The notes under the pieces: model-generated | Told to the model about the DNA's origin: nothing | What the model saw: the letters and a program-made list of their open reading frames with translations, nothing else | Databases searched by the model: none | Position numbers and translations under genes: made by a program | In this document: positions 1-10,788 of the stretch, piece by piece | Layout: each line of letters begins with the position of its first letter | Position numbering within the stretch: the stretch's first letter is position 1 | Source: an uncultured virus (IMG/VR IMGVR_UViG_3300031839_001517) | Taxonomy: Duplodnaviria > Heunggongvirae > Uroviricota > Caudoviricetes | Virus record (IMG/VR): IMGVR_UViG_3300031839_001517 | Direction: 5' to 3' (one strand) | Length of the DNA stretch: 64,000 nt

Positions 1-3000
1 GTCTTTCACTGCATCAGATTTTAGAGCTTTTGTTTGCGTGCGATCGTATTTAACATCCACATCGAAGTTGATTGTCTCGACGATTGAAACAAAGTCGTAT
101 GGCCAGTTGAATTGCAGAGGATAATTGTTTGAAGATTTTGTAGAATCAAAATCTTTTTGGCTTGTGGGTTGATCAACTTGGCTAACAATCATATCTTGAT
201 ACATCGCTTGGCCGCGTTGCTTGACTTTGAAGACCATCCACCTAAGATTTGGATTTGATAATAGGTTGTACTCTGTCAATAATTCGGTATCCATCAACTG
301 GTGTGCAACCACATCTTTTTCAATGGTTCCGGATTCGAACCTCTTGGGTGCCAAGTTTTGCCAAATATATGATAAATCATCACGATCTAATTCGTACTTA
401 AACTCAAACATGTACATTACTATGGGGGCAACATTTCTATTGTTTAAGAAATCAAACTGTGGCGGGAGGACGTAATTTTTCATTTGTTCTATCAAGCGTC
501 GGATTGAAGCGCCGGCGGCTTGAAGAGAGTCTCCCTCCACACTTAATTCTAATTCTCGTAGTGAGGCATTAAACCTTTTCCTGGGTATATTGATAAATTT
601 CTTTCTGGTCTGTCCTTGTTGAGCGACCGGCTGGGTTTCGCCGGCGGAGAGACCTTCTTCAATGTAAGGGATTGCAACTACAGCCTCTTTTATTTCTCTC
701 TTCAAGGCGACCTCTCCTAAGCGAGCAGATGAATTTGAAGTATTGAAACCACACAGAGCAGCAAAGTTTTTCATTCTCTTGTGGATGCCGGGCCCATCGG
801 CTGGTGTATTGTTGTTATAAATTGATGAGCCGGTTACAACATCATAGTGGTGTTTTAACCATTGCGATGGGATGTCTGAAATTTCCATGAAAACACCTTT
901 ATCTGGGGAATCAGGAAGAATCCCAAACTGGTGCCACATGCCTCTTGGAACCGTATTAATCCCAAAGTTTTGAGGAACTGTAACGTTATCATCGTTTAGC
1001 GGGCGGGTACCAACATCAGAAAAGTTCATCATTGGTGTTTCGAACTTAGGTTGAATAACCCATTGCTGACCTGTTGACTCATTATCTTGGGACACCTTCC
1101 TGTCAAACTTATCTGTTTTAGATTTCGGCACAAACTCAACACCAAACAAGTTCACAGAGGATGCCATTTGCATTGCATTGTCATTGATATTCTCACTAGC
1201 GTATGGAGTATAGTTTGTCCCGAATGCAATCTGAGCTAACTTGGCGCCGGGGATGGCGCTCGGCAAGGTTCCTGTAAGGTGTGTATACAATGTTGGTTGA
1301 TCTCGATGTAGGGTTCTTCTATAGAACGGGGTACCACCCTGTTTGTGGTCTTCCATGGGAGAACCCGGATCGTACCGTCTTTGCAAAATTTGTGTTTCCT
1401 GCAACACTTTTGATAAATCGTATGATACACCACCAGATGGCCGGAAAATAAAGTCAACCCATGCTTCTCCATAATAATGTGGCGGAGTAAACGCCCAGTT
1501 GTATCCGTTTAGCGAATCTTTGACACCAAACGAAGAGGCAGACATATTGAAGTCTGCTTGGGCGCCATAAACATCAATAGCAGTGCCTACGCTGAAGTAA
1601 GCTGGCTGCCTACCAGAAACAGCGGGACCAAATGCAGATGGTCTCGAGTACATAGTAAAGTCATGCTGGAAGTTGGGGTTCTTTTCGGGGTCTTGCGGCA
1701 ACTCATAGGACCCGGAAATACCGGTGATATCTGATGGGCGTGATCCCACAGCAGATCCGGTGGTATAGTTTTTATAGTATGCTTGTGCACCGTCGGCTGC
1801 ATAGAAGTAATTTGTTCCGTCAGAACCACTTTCATACTCGTAGGTTCTTTGACCTTGATATGAAGTACGTAAGCGCATTCTAGCGCCATATACTTCGCCT
1901 TCTGTGAATGTTTTGTTCGCGAAACTTACCCCATCAGAACGCAGCTTGGTGTACTCACCATCATTCAAGAAGAACTTACCCACTTCTGCAAAGAAGTTTG
2001 AGGCCATTCTATCGTAAATTGGGGCGCCGGTGCGGCCGCCAAGAGAAGCTGTGAGGGGGATCGGCAGTTTAACATTTGGATGCGGCTCCATATCAACCAG
2101 TGGAATACCTCTCATATGTTGCAGGGGATTGATTATAGCCTCAAAAGGAATTCTAGCGTCCCAGTAGGCGCCTGACATATACTGGGCCGAGTTCGGCGAG
2201 CCGTCCGAGGCTGTGACGTTTGCTGCTGCCAACATGTAATTTGTCGGAGTTTGGCCGGCGCCGAAGTTAGAGCCAGATGGGGTTGAGCCGGTCACCTTTT
2301 GTTGGAATATCTTGTACCCATTTGAAATAACTGGGAAATCAACTGCCATGCCAGATTTAATTGAGTTGAAAAGAATACCGGGAGCAAAAAGTGGCTGCAT
2401 GATCGGCCTCACATACGAAAACCTAAACGCCAAGGAACCCGAGGCCCAGTAAGGAACTGCCGGGGCGAGCTTGCCGGCCGATCCACTCGTAACAGTTACG
2501 CTAATATTTGATGCATATGATTTAGAGAATTGAGTTACAAGATCCAATGATCGCTGTGCAGGGTAAAATCCCTTATAAGGGTTAAACTTAATCGTTGCGT
2601 TGCACGTCAGTCTTATTTCAGATGCTTTTAAGTCAGACATTTTACTAATGTCAGCAAAGTTTTTCATAAAGTCTGAGTTTGAATAATCCTTATAAAAACT
2701 ATCTTGTGAGCTACTGAATTCCGTACCTGGAATGGAGAGGAAGTCAAAGGATTCACCAGCAATTCCAACTTGTGCATATTTTTCTATTTGTTCAGAAATC
2801 CTAAACTCTGGAACAACCGCAAAGCCTTTGGCCATAGTCTTGATATCGCTTCTGAAAGCGTCATAGTCGTTGTACCACGGGTTAGAAGGATCTGACTTGA
2901 ATCCTGTAACTTTTACAGTTCGTTTACCCTCGGTCCTAGTTGAGGCCGTTATGTATCCTGCTAATGTGTTTGCCTGCCATGCAGCCTCACCTGAGCCAGT

Positions 3001-6000
3001 ATGGAGAGACGCGGTGACCGATGCGGACAACTCTGCTATACTTGAATAACCCGCTGCCGCGGCCCCGCCGGTGAGACGCAGCGTTAAGTTGTTTGCTTCC
3101 ATTCCGGGAATCAGCTTATTTCCGGCGGAACTACTATTACCTACTGGGTTGAAAGAAGACAGCGGAGAGTCGAGCATGTGTTTGCGTGAATAGAGGGCGG
3201 CATTTTTAACGACCACAGGTATTTGTTCACGCTCAAAATCAGTTCTTGGATCGGCGCCGGCTTTAAAGAAGTGATAAGACGAATATGTATTTTGCAATTC
3301 GCCGGCGGAGTTGGAAACTATTAAGCTCGAAGCTTGATAGAAATCTATTGTAATGGCCACCTTATCACTATCCACTACTGGCGGGGCTGTTCTAGTGGCA
3401 AAGTCAACCGGTGCATCAAGAGGCCAGAAGCTCTGAGTCAACAGCTCCCTTACCCCGTTCCAGTTTAATGCAGACGATACATTTATCGAGTTTGGAAGCC
3501 CGATGGCCCCCGTTATACGGTTTTCTATCGTGTCTCTCCAGAACTTGTTATCATACCCAACACGTGTCATCGATGAGGAAATAAACTCTCTGCGTGTTGA
3601 TGGAAATAAGTTTTCAGAGTACAGAATCCAGTTGACATCGATGTTTGGTCGATATCTAAGAGATACAAGCTGTTCGAACGGAGTAACTTCACTATCAAAG
3701 TTTAAGTCCACAAATGTGTTCAGATCTTGTTCGTTGAATCCAATCATCTCGTTGTTGTAACTTGTTTTAAGGGTTACGTTTCCAGGCTGCTCCTTGTACC
3801 CACCAAGAGATGTCGAGAATGCGTTTGCATAGTCCATATTTATGTAAACTGGTCGGCCTTTCTTGGAGAGAGGCGGAAGATCAAAGTTGCGCTGAACATT
3901 ACCAATGTACATTGTGGAGAGTTTGTTTGTTCTCTTCTCGTTAGTAAGGATTGGGTGATCGCCTTGGCGCATTCTATTCCAGTTTGCACCAGCATAATGA
4001 TTTCCGCGCTTCCATAATAAGGCATTGAAAAGCTTTGCTGTAATTGCGTTCTTGATAATACCTTTTTGCCCTGAGTAATTCCAGTTAACAAATGCCCCGA
4101 TAGTGCCAGATATACTACCGGCATTGGAGAACACCTCAGTCGGGTAAGTAGAAGTATTGCTACTAGAAACAAACTTTTCGATCATGTTTAAGTTTAAGCG
4201 AGAGACCGTTGGAATTGGTTGCACTGGAGCAACCTCGTATCCAATTCTACGTTCGCCGCTAGTGATTGTGCTTTTTACGTCACTGGCACTAACAAAGTTC
4301 AGAGGCTCGATATATGAGGAGCCACTACGAATGAGGAAATCAGGCGGTGTAAACCCACATGACCACCAAGAGGCTGTCGATTGCAAAGATGCTGTAATCC
4401 AAGCGTACTGTCTTGAGTCGCGAGGAATCTGGTGTTGGATGTTAAAGTTATCGAATAGAGGGCGCTTCTCGAACGTACAATCTTCTCTGAAACCAACGAA
4501 GGCTGCTACACAACCTTTTAGCGGATCAGGATATACTGTGGACATTGGGGCACCAGCAGCATCACCAGAGCCGCTACTGAAACATATTTGAGACGTCGTA
4601 AAGTTATCGCCTTGCTTCTGTACGGGATACATATTGTTGCGGGGCTCACCTGAGTGATCGAAAATAATGTTATTACCTGAGATGGGTAGTCCGGGGTTTG
4701 AACCATAACGAATAGCATCGTCATCAGAGATACCCACTGGCGAAGGATCACCTAATGGGTACCAAGCATGTAGTTTAGTTGTATCAACAAGGTACGGTGC
4801 AGATTGTGTCAAATCACACGGCACACCACCGTTATATATTTCAGAAATCTCAGAAGCTACAAGCGAACGACTCCATATGGAACACTGATCTAGGGCACCT
4901 GTATAGTTTGTACCACCCTGTGAGACATCGCTAGATCGTCCACCGAAAACATATATTTGAGAGCCAGATTTTTTAGGAATGCCGCCGGCGGTGGCATTGA
5001 AGCCCTTGAAATCATAAGGCGAGGCTATCTGCGCATCGTAAGACATAATAGTACCAGAGGATGGCATACTGATTACCGAAGCGGTCATATGGACACCATC
5101 AATATATATTCTAATCAAATCGTGTGAATCTTGAGTGCTATTCAAGCTACCGTTTGTACCTTGCAAGGTCACCGCGAAGTGGTGCCAGTTATTATCATTC
5201 AGGGCAGTTGCACCGGTCAGTTTATAGGTGGCTTGGAGATGGGAGCCTGCAAAGCCAGTAGTAGTGGAGCGGTATCGAACGTCTACAACAAAGTTTGTAT
5301 TTGATTCTTTGTCGATACTAATAAGCGGCGCGCCGGTGGCTGATGCTTTTCCAATTGACCAGAAGGTCTGGTTGTCGCTCAATTGTGAGTACGGGCTGGC
5401 CCAAAATGAAATGGTAGCTCCATTTTTATTACCAGAACCTCTAAACGATGCTGTGAGGAAATCAATACTACCGGAGTCGGCACTAGCAAGGATCGGACCA
5501 CTGCGGCCTGCGCCATTGGGGTCTTCGAGGAAGTATAATGATCGATCGTTATTGAGTGAAGCGCCGTCGGTGACAGGAATTAAATCACAAGATATAGCCC
5601 TAGTCTCGCAAATATTATTTCTGTGAGTCTTGTGAAAGCCCGGCAACTGGTCATATGATGCTCCGGGGTTCGTTACTTGTAAGGAATCTCTACCAAATCT
5701 TGCTGTATGTCTGGCATAGTGTGAACGGAGACCGAAGTCTTGCCCGTGGATGTCGAATACTCGTATACCGGGGGTACCTTCACCGGCCGGCTCTGAAATG
5801 CTACCAGAGGGGCCCTGAGAGGGCTTAATGACTGTTAAATATCTGTTATTAATAGCGTTGTAAGGGGAGAACGTGTTAGAGCGGAAGTCTCTGTATCCTG
5901 TTCCATCTGTAAGTGCCCCACCAACGGTGCTAAAACGAGTAGCAATGATAGACTTGTTTGCTGTGCCTGTGAGGTAGTGAGTGTTATACTCATCAACAAA

Positions 6001-9000
6001 CTGATAGTGTCCTTCATCAGTTCTGTGTAGATCTAAGAATGTTCTTGTCTGCGTTGAACTTGTTGAGTTATTTTGGAATATTTGTGTTGGAAGTGCTGGC
6101 TGCGTTTCAATAAACTGTCTTGGGTTGGCGTATGTATCAAACGAATGAACAACTTCATAGTTATGCTCGAAGTTACCAAGAATTGTAGAGCCAGTACGCA
6201 TGCGAATGTTTTTAATGTTGACAGGGCGTTTGGCGATAAAGTCCCGGTAGTACACTGCTTTTTGAGAAGCTGTCATTGGGTATGCCGGCTTGTCAGTAGC
6301 ATTTGCCTCTGGCCATGGGTAATCAGCAGAAACTAGACCGATAGCTCCGGGAAGCCTTGTTCCATCCGGGCACGTGCCGCGGAGGCCAAGGAGAAGTTTC
6401 CAAGCCTCTGGGCGACTTCTATAGTTGTCGAATCCAGAGTAAAACAAGCCATTGTTAGAAGCGCTAGTATTTAGTGGCACATGTCTAGACTGGTGGCCTC
6501 CAACTGCGTACTCAGTGAATGGACCTTGCATGGGTTTTTCAAGTTCGTCACCATAAACATCGTTGTGTAAGTTTGTGATAGTTACACTGGATGAGAGACT
6601 ACTTGAAATCCATTCATCTGCGCCACCTCGAATCGTCCCACTCATTATATTGAATGGGAATGCATGGGTGTTTTTTGTGTTCGTGTAGTTTGTAAAGTCA
6701 CCGTCATAGTCACGGCCTTGGACAACACCTATAACTCGGTGACGCTTCTTGCCAACATTACCCTCTTCATTCCATTGTTCCAGATCCTCAATCGCTGTAA
6801 AGTCTTTTGTTCGTCCATAGAGAACATTGAGTGGGATAAACACACTTCCATGTGTGTTTATCGGGCCGGCTGGATATGTTGAGGCATATGCATATGCAAA
6901 ACTTTTATTTGGAGGAAAGTTGACGCCACCCTTAATTGTTCTTTTAAATGTAGGCGTTTCAAGATTTACAACACCATTGAATTGTGTTGAGAGAAGCCTA
7001 TTTCTTTCGTAAATCGTTCCATCAATCGTCGTCAGTGTCACTCGTGAACCAGAGAACGCTGGTCGACTCCACATGATATTTCTAACTTGCCTTCTTTGTC
7101 TGTCGAGGGCTGCGTCACCAGAAGTTATCTCAAAGGAACCAACTCCTCTTGCGCCGGGTTGGGCGCGCTTCTTCCAGTAGTTCTTATGCAGATTTGTGGG
7201 CCGAGGGGATGCCTCAACACCACCATAAAGATCTGTCATATAACTGAGCATCTTGACGGCCACACCGTGTAAAGAAGTGCCCGGCTCTGGTTGTTCGAAC
7301 TCTAATGTTGGAAACTGTGTCTGGTATTTCGGTCTTTCCAGAACGTGACTTTCAACCATATTTAGTGAATCTGCTATAAAGTTAGCAGACGCTGGTACCA
7401 ACTGTTCAATAATATTGGTTAAAGCATCATCAAACCACTTGTAGTATTCTGTAAAGGCTTCCACTGTTTTGACATCTGAAAACTTTTCAAAGTAAATCTG
7501 TCGTAATGTCTCGAGCGGCTTATACTCAGGCCTATATCTATGGACTGGGTCACCTATAATATTGTTGAAGTCCACGGCGCCGGCAAAATAATCTAAAATT
7601 TCTTCCGATAATGCTGCAAAGAGACTCTTCTCAACTGTATGTACGTACTTTGGTACCTCGTCAAAAAGACCAAACAACTCATCGTCATCAGAAAGAATGT
7701 TGACCATATCATCGCTTGTTACAATTTCTGGATCAACGAACTTATATTCATTTGTTAATTCGTTTTTAACAACATAATCAACACTGTTAGCAAACCCGTG
7801 TCCCTTACCGGGATGTGGGTAGCCACCAATCTCACCGATCCAACCAAAGTTATCACGAACGAAAGCAGAACCAGAACTAATATCAGTTGAGTAGAAGTTA
7901 CCGGCACTATCTGAGCCGGTTACTGTTCCAAAATACCAGTTAAGGGCCAAAGAATTTAAGTTGTATATGTCATGGGTAGCGGCTTTACTATCGAATGGGG
8001 ATATATTCTGGTAAGAGCCTGAAATACCTGCATTTTCTCTATCTACTGTGTGTTGTCTGAGTGAGATGTTGTCGACATACTGCGTCCAATATTTTAAACT
8101 GTTAAACTCCACATCGGAAGGATTTAAGTTAGAGCCAGTAATATTGGTGTTTTGGGCACCAGCATACAACCTCTTCCAAGATCGGATTATATTTTTACCA
8201 GCATCGGCGCTAACAGAGGCGCTCACAGTGAAAGAATTGCGAACGGTACCAAGGGTATTGTTGAAACCCCTGAAGACCACTTCGTAGGCGTAGTCTTCTG
8301 AACCTGATATAAAGCCAGATTGGAATTTAGTGGGGCGCAATCCTACTGATAGGTTCCAGTTATTTTCATCATAAACGCTGAGATATGTACTCGATGTCAA
8401 TTCATTAAACGGGTGAGGATCGAAAGAAGACGTTAGTACAAAGCGGACATTCTTGGACTCAGGAGCGTCTCTCACTGCATATACTTGGAAGTTAGCTACG
8501 TCCTGCGCACCTGTCAGCGAAGTGGTGCCACCGGCATAACCAGCACCAGAGCCTGTAAACACAGTCTGCATACCAAATAGTGACGCAGACATGAAGTTCC
8601 TATCTACTGAACCAACAGTCTTAAAGAATCTTGGGAATTTCATGCTAGCTTCAACAGTTAGACCATATGAATCCTGATCGCCTGCAACTCCGTCTGGAAA
8701 GGCTCCCGGGAGCTTTGGCTCTCCGGATCCGCTAATATAACCTTGGGAGTCTGCTAAGGATGGGTCTTGGGCTTGATACATGACAGCATGTAGAGCAGAG
8801 GCAGTATTAAAATTGAGTCGCTTCTTCTTTTTAAGAGTCTGTTTTAGATTTGTGTTTAACTCATACGTCTCTTTATCTGCGTAAGTCTTAAAGTAAATCA
8901 GGTTGTCATCGATGTTGAAGCATCGTAAAACATTCCTAATAGAACGATGAGTACCCTTTGATTTAAATATAGCTGATAAACTATTGTAAAGGTTCAGGTA

Positions 9001-10788
9001 AATTAGATTCTTAGTATCATGTAAGTCGTTTTCAAAGAGTTCAGAATTGTTGCGGTCTTTAAATCTTTCGAGCACATCAGAATCGACAAACAGATCTGGG
9101 GTTAACAGTCCTAGTGACTGTGGCAGGTGTTGAGCGAAAGGAACTGGCTTGTATGATGAACTGGTATACTGCTCGTGTCTCAGTCCAGGTATTGCGGATA
9201 TTTGGAGATATAACTTATCGAAATAGGCTCCTACAATGTGGGACATTTTCTCCAAATCACTACTGCCATTGGCGCTGTCTTTTTCTTCTGCTTCCTCTAC
9301 GACCCAAGCCGGTATCAAGTTTACAAACTGTGCATTATTCTGCGTATCATGATATCTTCCCTTTTCTTGCAATTCACTCTTAAGGGCTATTACGCTTGGA
9401 TGGTTATCATAGATAATCGGGTCTTCATATTCGTAAATCGCTGCCGAGGCTGAAAGTATAGCTGAGCCCGTGTTGCGAGAAACCGCAGAGTATCCAGTCC
9501 AAGTACCGTTACAAACACGGCCAGCGTAGTCTAGAACGACGCTATCGACACTAGATGTACCTGTGATTCCTTCGTTGAACTTATAGTACATGCCAAGATC
9601 GGTATTGGCTATGTCAGAGTTGTTACCGCCGCGGACTTGGTCAAACCAGTTTCTACCAATTTGCTCAGCATTTCGTGCAACTTTCCAGAATCTAAATTCG
9701 TCCAACGAACCACTAAGCTTACCAGCACCAACATACTGGCTAAGTAACGTTGCGTCCGATAAGCTAGTAGGTGCTGTAATAAGGGCGCCCAATCTACCTT
9801 GCATACCCTTTGAGTTTAACTCTCCAATATTTAAAGAGGAGTAAATGTTTGTATCGTTAAGCTCTCCGTTAACATAAAGCTTAGCATGGAAATCTGAACC
9901 AGAGTTTTGCAACACAAATGCATAGTGATTCCATTCAGACAAGCTGGATGAAAGTGTACTGGCGCCGATTGAAGCTGTGTTTATTTGCTCAACAGAGGCA
10001 CTGACGGTTCCGGACTGAACTGTTAATAAAAACGGTGATGTTGAGCCGCCGGGATCTACTTTTGTTTCAATTCTAATACGGCCATATGATAGGTCTGCGC
10101 TCGATGAAGCATTGTTGTTCCACATATCAAAAATAACTTGGCGGTCAGTTTGAGTTGGTGTAATATCCGAACCAGTGACTGCCCAGAACTCGATAGTGAC
10201 ACCGGTGTCAAAGTTGGAGCGCAGATTTGATGTGCGTGTACCAAACCCGTAATTAGAAGGCAGACCACTGTTTACATAAAGATTGTCATCGTATACGTTA
10301 TTATATTGAAATTTGCTATCTTTGGGGTCTGGTAGTAACTTCGAAAGCCGGCTTGTCTCAGATATTGTATTTGGGCCGCCGTTGAAGGTAATATATTCAG
10401 CAGTAGTTGGAACACCATATCCGTTGCGCTTTGTTGAAGTTGCAACGCTGGTTGGTGACAGGACTATATAGCCGTTTGTTCTTGGGTATTTTTTATCGAA
10501 AATATATTTTTCAATGTCAAGAGACTTGTTGTAAAAGCTTGTAATCTCCGCATCAGAACCATCATAGGGATAGTAATCTATAATTCTTTCGATCGCACTC
10601 TTATAGTACAAGTTAGCAGAGCCGTACTTAGCAAATGAGAACGGGTTCTCGTAATCTACTTGCGGTAAAAAGCTGTCTTGCTTTTCCTTAACAGCTTTTA
10701 TATTTGTTGATGATTCTACTGGACTCCCTAGGTCTTTGCTATTTTTCTCTGGCACATACGTTCTGCCAAACAAATCCTTAATACTCAT
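1..10788 (-). CDS. Giant virion (baseplate/tail) protein, >=3596 aa, two LamG/concanavalin-like domains; 3' end runs off the window
   Basis: ATG at 10788 overlaps the end of the upstream gene (MSIKDLFGRTYVPEK...). No in-frame stop in the many lines translated by hand down to base 1 (...PLQFNWPYDFVSIVETINFDVDVKY...). LamG motifs WNHYAFV/LSGSLDEFRFW (~9660-9940) and NWHHFAVT/GALDQCSIWSRSL (~4860-5200). IFKSKGTHRSIRNVL (~8930-8970) resembles baseplate gpI/gp7-type proteins. Confidence 0.9.
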   Translation of the reverse strand, partial: MSIKDLFGRTYVPEKNSKDLGSPVESSTNIKAVKEKQDSFLPQVDYENPFSFAKYGSANLYYKSAIERIIDYYPYDGSDAEITSFYNKSLDIEKYIFDKKYPRTNGYIVLSPTSVATSTKRNGYGVPTTAEYITFNGGPNTISETSRLSKLLPDPKDSKFQYNNVYDDNLYVNSGLPSNYGFGTRTSNLRSNFDTGVTIEFWAVTGSDITPTQTDRQVIFDMWNNNASSSADLSYGRIRIETKVDPGGSTSPFLLTVQSGTVSASVEQINTASIGASTLSSSLSEWNHYAFVLQNSGSDFHAKLYVNGELNDTNIYSSLNIGELNSKGMQGRLGALITAPTSLSDATLLSQYVGAGKLSGSLDEFRFWKVARNAEQIGRNWFDQVRGGNNSDIANTDLGMYYKFNEGITGTSSVDSVVLDYAGRVCNGTWTGYSAVSRNTGSAILSASAAIYEYEDPIIYDNHPSVIALKSELQEKGRYHDTQNNAQFVNLIPAWVVEEAEEKDSANGSSDLEKMSHIVGAYFDKLYLQISAIPGLRHEQYTSSSYKPVPFAQHLPQSLGLLTPDLFVDSDVLERFKDRNNSELFENDLHDTKNLIYLNLYNSLSAIFKSKGTHRSIRNVLRCFNIDDNLIYFKTYADKETYELNTNLKQTLKKKKRLNFNTASALHAVMYQAQDPSLADSQGYISGSGEPKLPGAFPDGVAGDQDSYGLTVEASMKFPRFFKTVGSVDRNFMSASLFGMQTVFTGSGAGYAGGTTSLTGAQDVANFQVYAVRDAPESKNVRFVLTSSFDPHPFNELTSSTYLSVYDENNWNLSVGLRPTKFQSGFISGSEDYAYEVVFRGFNNTLGTVRNSFTVSASVSADAGKNIIRSWKRLYAGAQNTNITGSNLNPSDVEFNSLKYWTQYVDNISLRQHTVDRENAGISGSYQNISPFDSKAATHDIYNLNSLALNWYFGTVTGSDSAGNFYSTDISSGSAFVRDNFGWIGEIGGYPHPGKGHGFANSVDYVVKNELTNEYKFVDPEIVTSDDMVNILSDDDELFGLFDEVPKYVHTVEKSLFAALSEEILDYFAGAVDFNNIIGDPVHRYRPEYKPLETLRQIYFEKFSDVKTVEAFTEYYKWFDDALTNIIEQLVPASANFIADSLNMVESHVLERPKYQTQFPTLEFEQPEPGTSLHGVAVKMLSYMTDLYGGVEASPRPTNLHKNYWKKRAQPGARGVGSFEITSGDAALDRQRRQVRNIMWSRPAFSGSRVTLTTIDGTIYERNRLLSTQFNGVVNLETPTFKRTIKGGVNFPPNKSFAYAYASTYPAGPINTHGSVFIPLNVLYGRTKDFTAIEDLEQWNEEGNVGKKRHRVIGVVQGRDYDGDFTNYTNTKNTHAFPFNIMSGTIRGGADEWISSSLSSSVTITNLHNDVYGDELEKPMQGPFTEYAVGGHQSRHVPLNTSASNNGLFYSGFDNYRSRPEAWKLLLGLRGTCPDGTRLPGAIGLVSADYPWPEANATDKPAYPMTASQKAVYYRDFIAKRPVNIKNIRMRTGSTILGNFEHNYEVVHSFDTYANPRQFIETQPALPTQIFQNNSTSSTQTRTFLDLHRTDEGHYQFVDEYNTHYLTGTANKSIIATRFSTVGGALTDGTGYRDFRSNTFSPYNAINNRYLTVIKPSQGPSGSISEPAGEGTPGIRVFDIHGQDFGLRSHYARHTARFGRDSLQVTNPGASYDQLPGFHKTHRNNICETRAISCDLIPVTDGASLNNDRSLYFLEDPNGAGRSGPILASADSGSIDFLTASFRGSGNKNGATISFWASPYSQLSDNQTFWSIGKASATGAPLISIDKESNTNFVVDVRYRSTTTGFAGSHLQATYKLTGATALNDNNWHHFAVTLQGTNGSLNSTQDSHDLIRIYIDGVHMTASVISMPSSGTIMSYDAQIASPYDFKGFNATAGGIPKKSGSQIYVFGGRSSDVSQGGTNYTGALDQCSIWSRSLVASEISEIYNGGVPCDLTQSAPYLVDTTKLHAWYPLGDPSPVGISDDDAIRYGSNPGLPISGNNIIFDHSGEPRNNMYPVQKQGDNFTTSQICFSSGSGDAAGAPMSTVYPDPLKGCVAAFVGFREDCTFEKRPLFDNFNIQHQIPRDSRQYAWITASLQSTASWWSCGFTPPDFLIRSGSSYIEPLNFVSASDVKSTITSGERRIGYEVAPVQPIPTVSRLNLNMIEKFVSSSNTSTYPTEVFSNAGSISGTIGAFVNWNYSGQKGIIKNAITAKLFNALLWKRGNHYAGANWNRMRQGDHPILTNEKRTNKLSTMYIGNVQRNFDLPPLSKKGRPVYINMDYANAFSTSLGGYKEQPGNVTLKTSYNNEMIGFNEQDLNTFVDLNFDSEVTPFEQLVSLRYRPNIDVNWILYSENLFPSTRREFISSSMTRVGYDNKFWRDTIENRITGAIGLPNSINVSSALNWNGVRELLTQSFWPLDAPVDFATRTAPPVVDSDKVAITIDFYQASSLIVSNSAGELQNTYSSYHFFKAGADPRTDFEREQIPVVVKNAALYSRKHMLDSPLSSFNPVGNSSSAGNKLIPGMEANNLTLRLTGGAAAAGYSSIAELSASVTASLHTGSGEAAWQANTLAGYITASTRTEGKRTVKVTGFKSDPSNPWYNDYDAFRSDIKTMAKGFAVVPEFRISEQIEKYAQVGIAGESFDFLSIPGTEFSSSQDSFYKDYSNSDFMKNFADISKMSDLKASEIRLTCNATIKFNPYKGFYPAQRSLDLVTQFSKSYASNISVTVTSGSAGKLAPAVPYWASGSLAFRFSYVRPIMQPLFAPGILFNSIKSGMAVDFPVISNGYKIFQQKVTGSTPSGSNFGAGQTPTNYMLAAANVTASDGSPNSAQYMSGAYWDARIPFEAIINPLQHMRGIPLVDMEPHPNVKLPIPLTASLGGRTGAPIYDRMASNFFAEVGKFFLNDGEYTKLRSDGVSFANKTFTEGEVYGARMRLRTSYQGQRTYEYESGSDGTNYFYAADGAQAYYKNYTTGSAVGSRPSDITGISGSYELPQDPEKNPNFQHDFTMYSRPSAFGPAVSGRQPAYFSVGTAIDVYGAQADFNMSASSFGVKDSLNGYNWAFTPPHYYGEAWVDFIFRPSGGVSYDLSKVLQETQILQRRYDPGSPMEDHKQGGTPFYRRTLHRDQPTLYTHLTGTLPSAIPGAKLAQIAFGTNYTPYASENINDNAMQMASSVNLFGVEFVPKSKTDKFDRKVSQDNESTGQQWVIQPKFETPMMNFSDVGTRPLNDDNVTVPQNFGINTVPRGMWHQFGILPDSPDKGVFMEISDIPSQWLKHHYDVVTGSSIYNNNTPADGPGIHKRMKNFAALCGFNTSNSSARLGEVALKREIKEAVVAIPYIEEGLSAGETQPVAQQGQTRKKFINIPRKRFNASLRELELSVEGDSLQAAGASIRRLIEQMKNYVLPPQFDFLNNRNVAPIVMYMFEFKYELDRDDLSYIWQNLAPKRFESGTIEKDVVAHQLMDTELLTEYNLLSNPNLRWMVFKVKQRGQAMYQDMIVSQVDQPTSQKDFDSTKSSNNYPLQFNWPYDFVSIVETINFDVDVKYDRTQTKALKSDAVKD

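Noticed and set aside
1..10777. Stop-codon recoding or non-coding DNA as the explanation for the lack of long ORFs
   Set aside because: One standard-code minus-strand frame is open wherever checked, and TAA, TAG and TGA all end genes normally elsewhere
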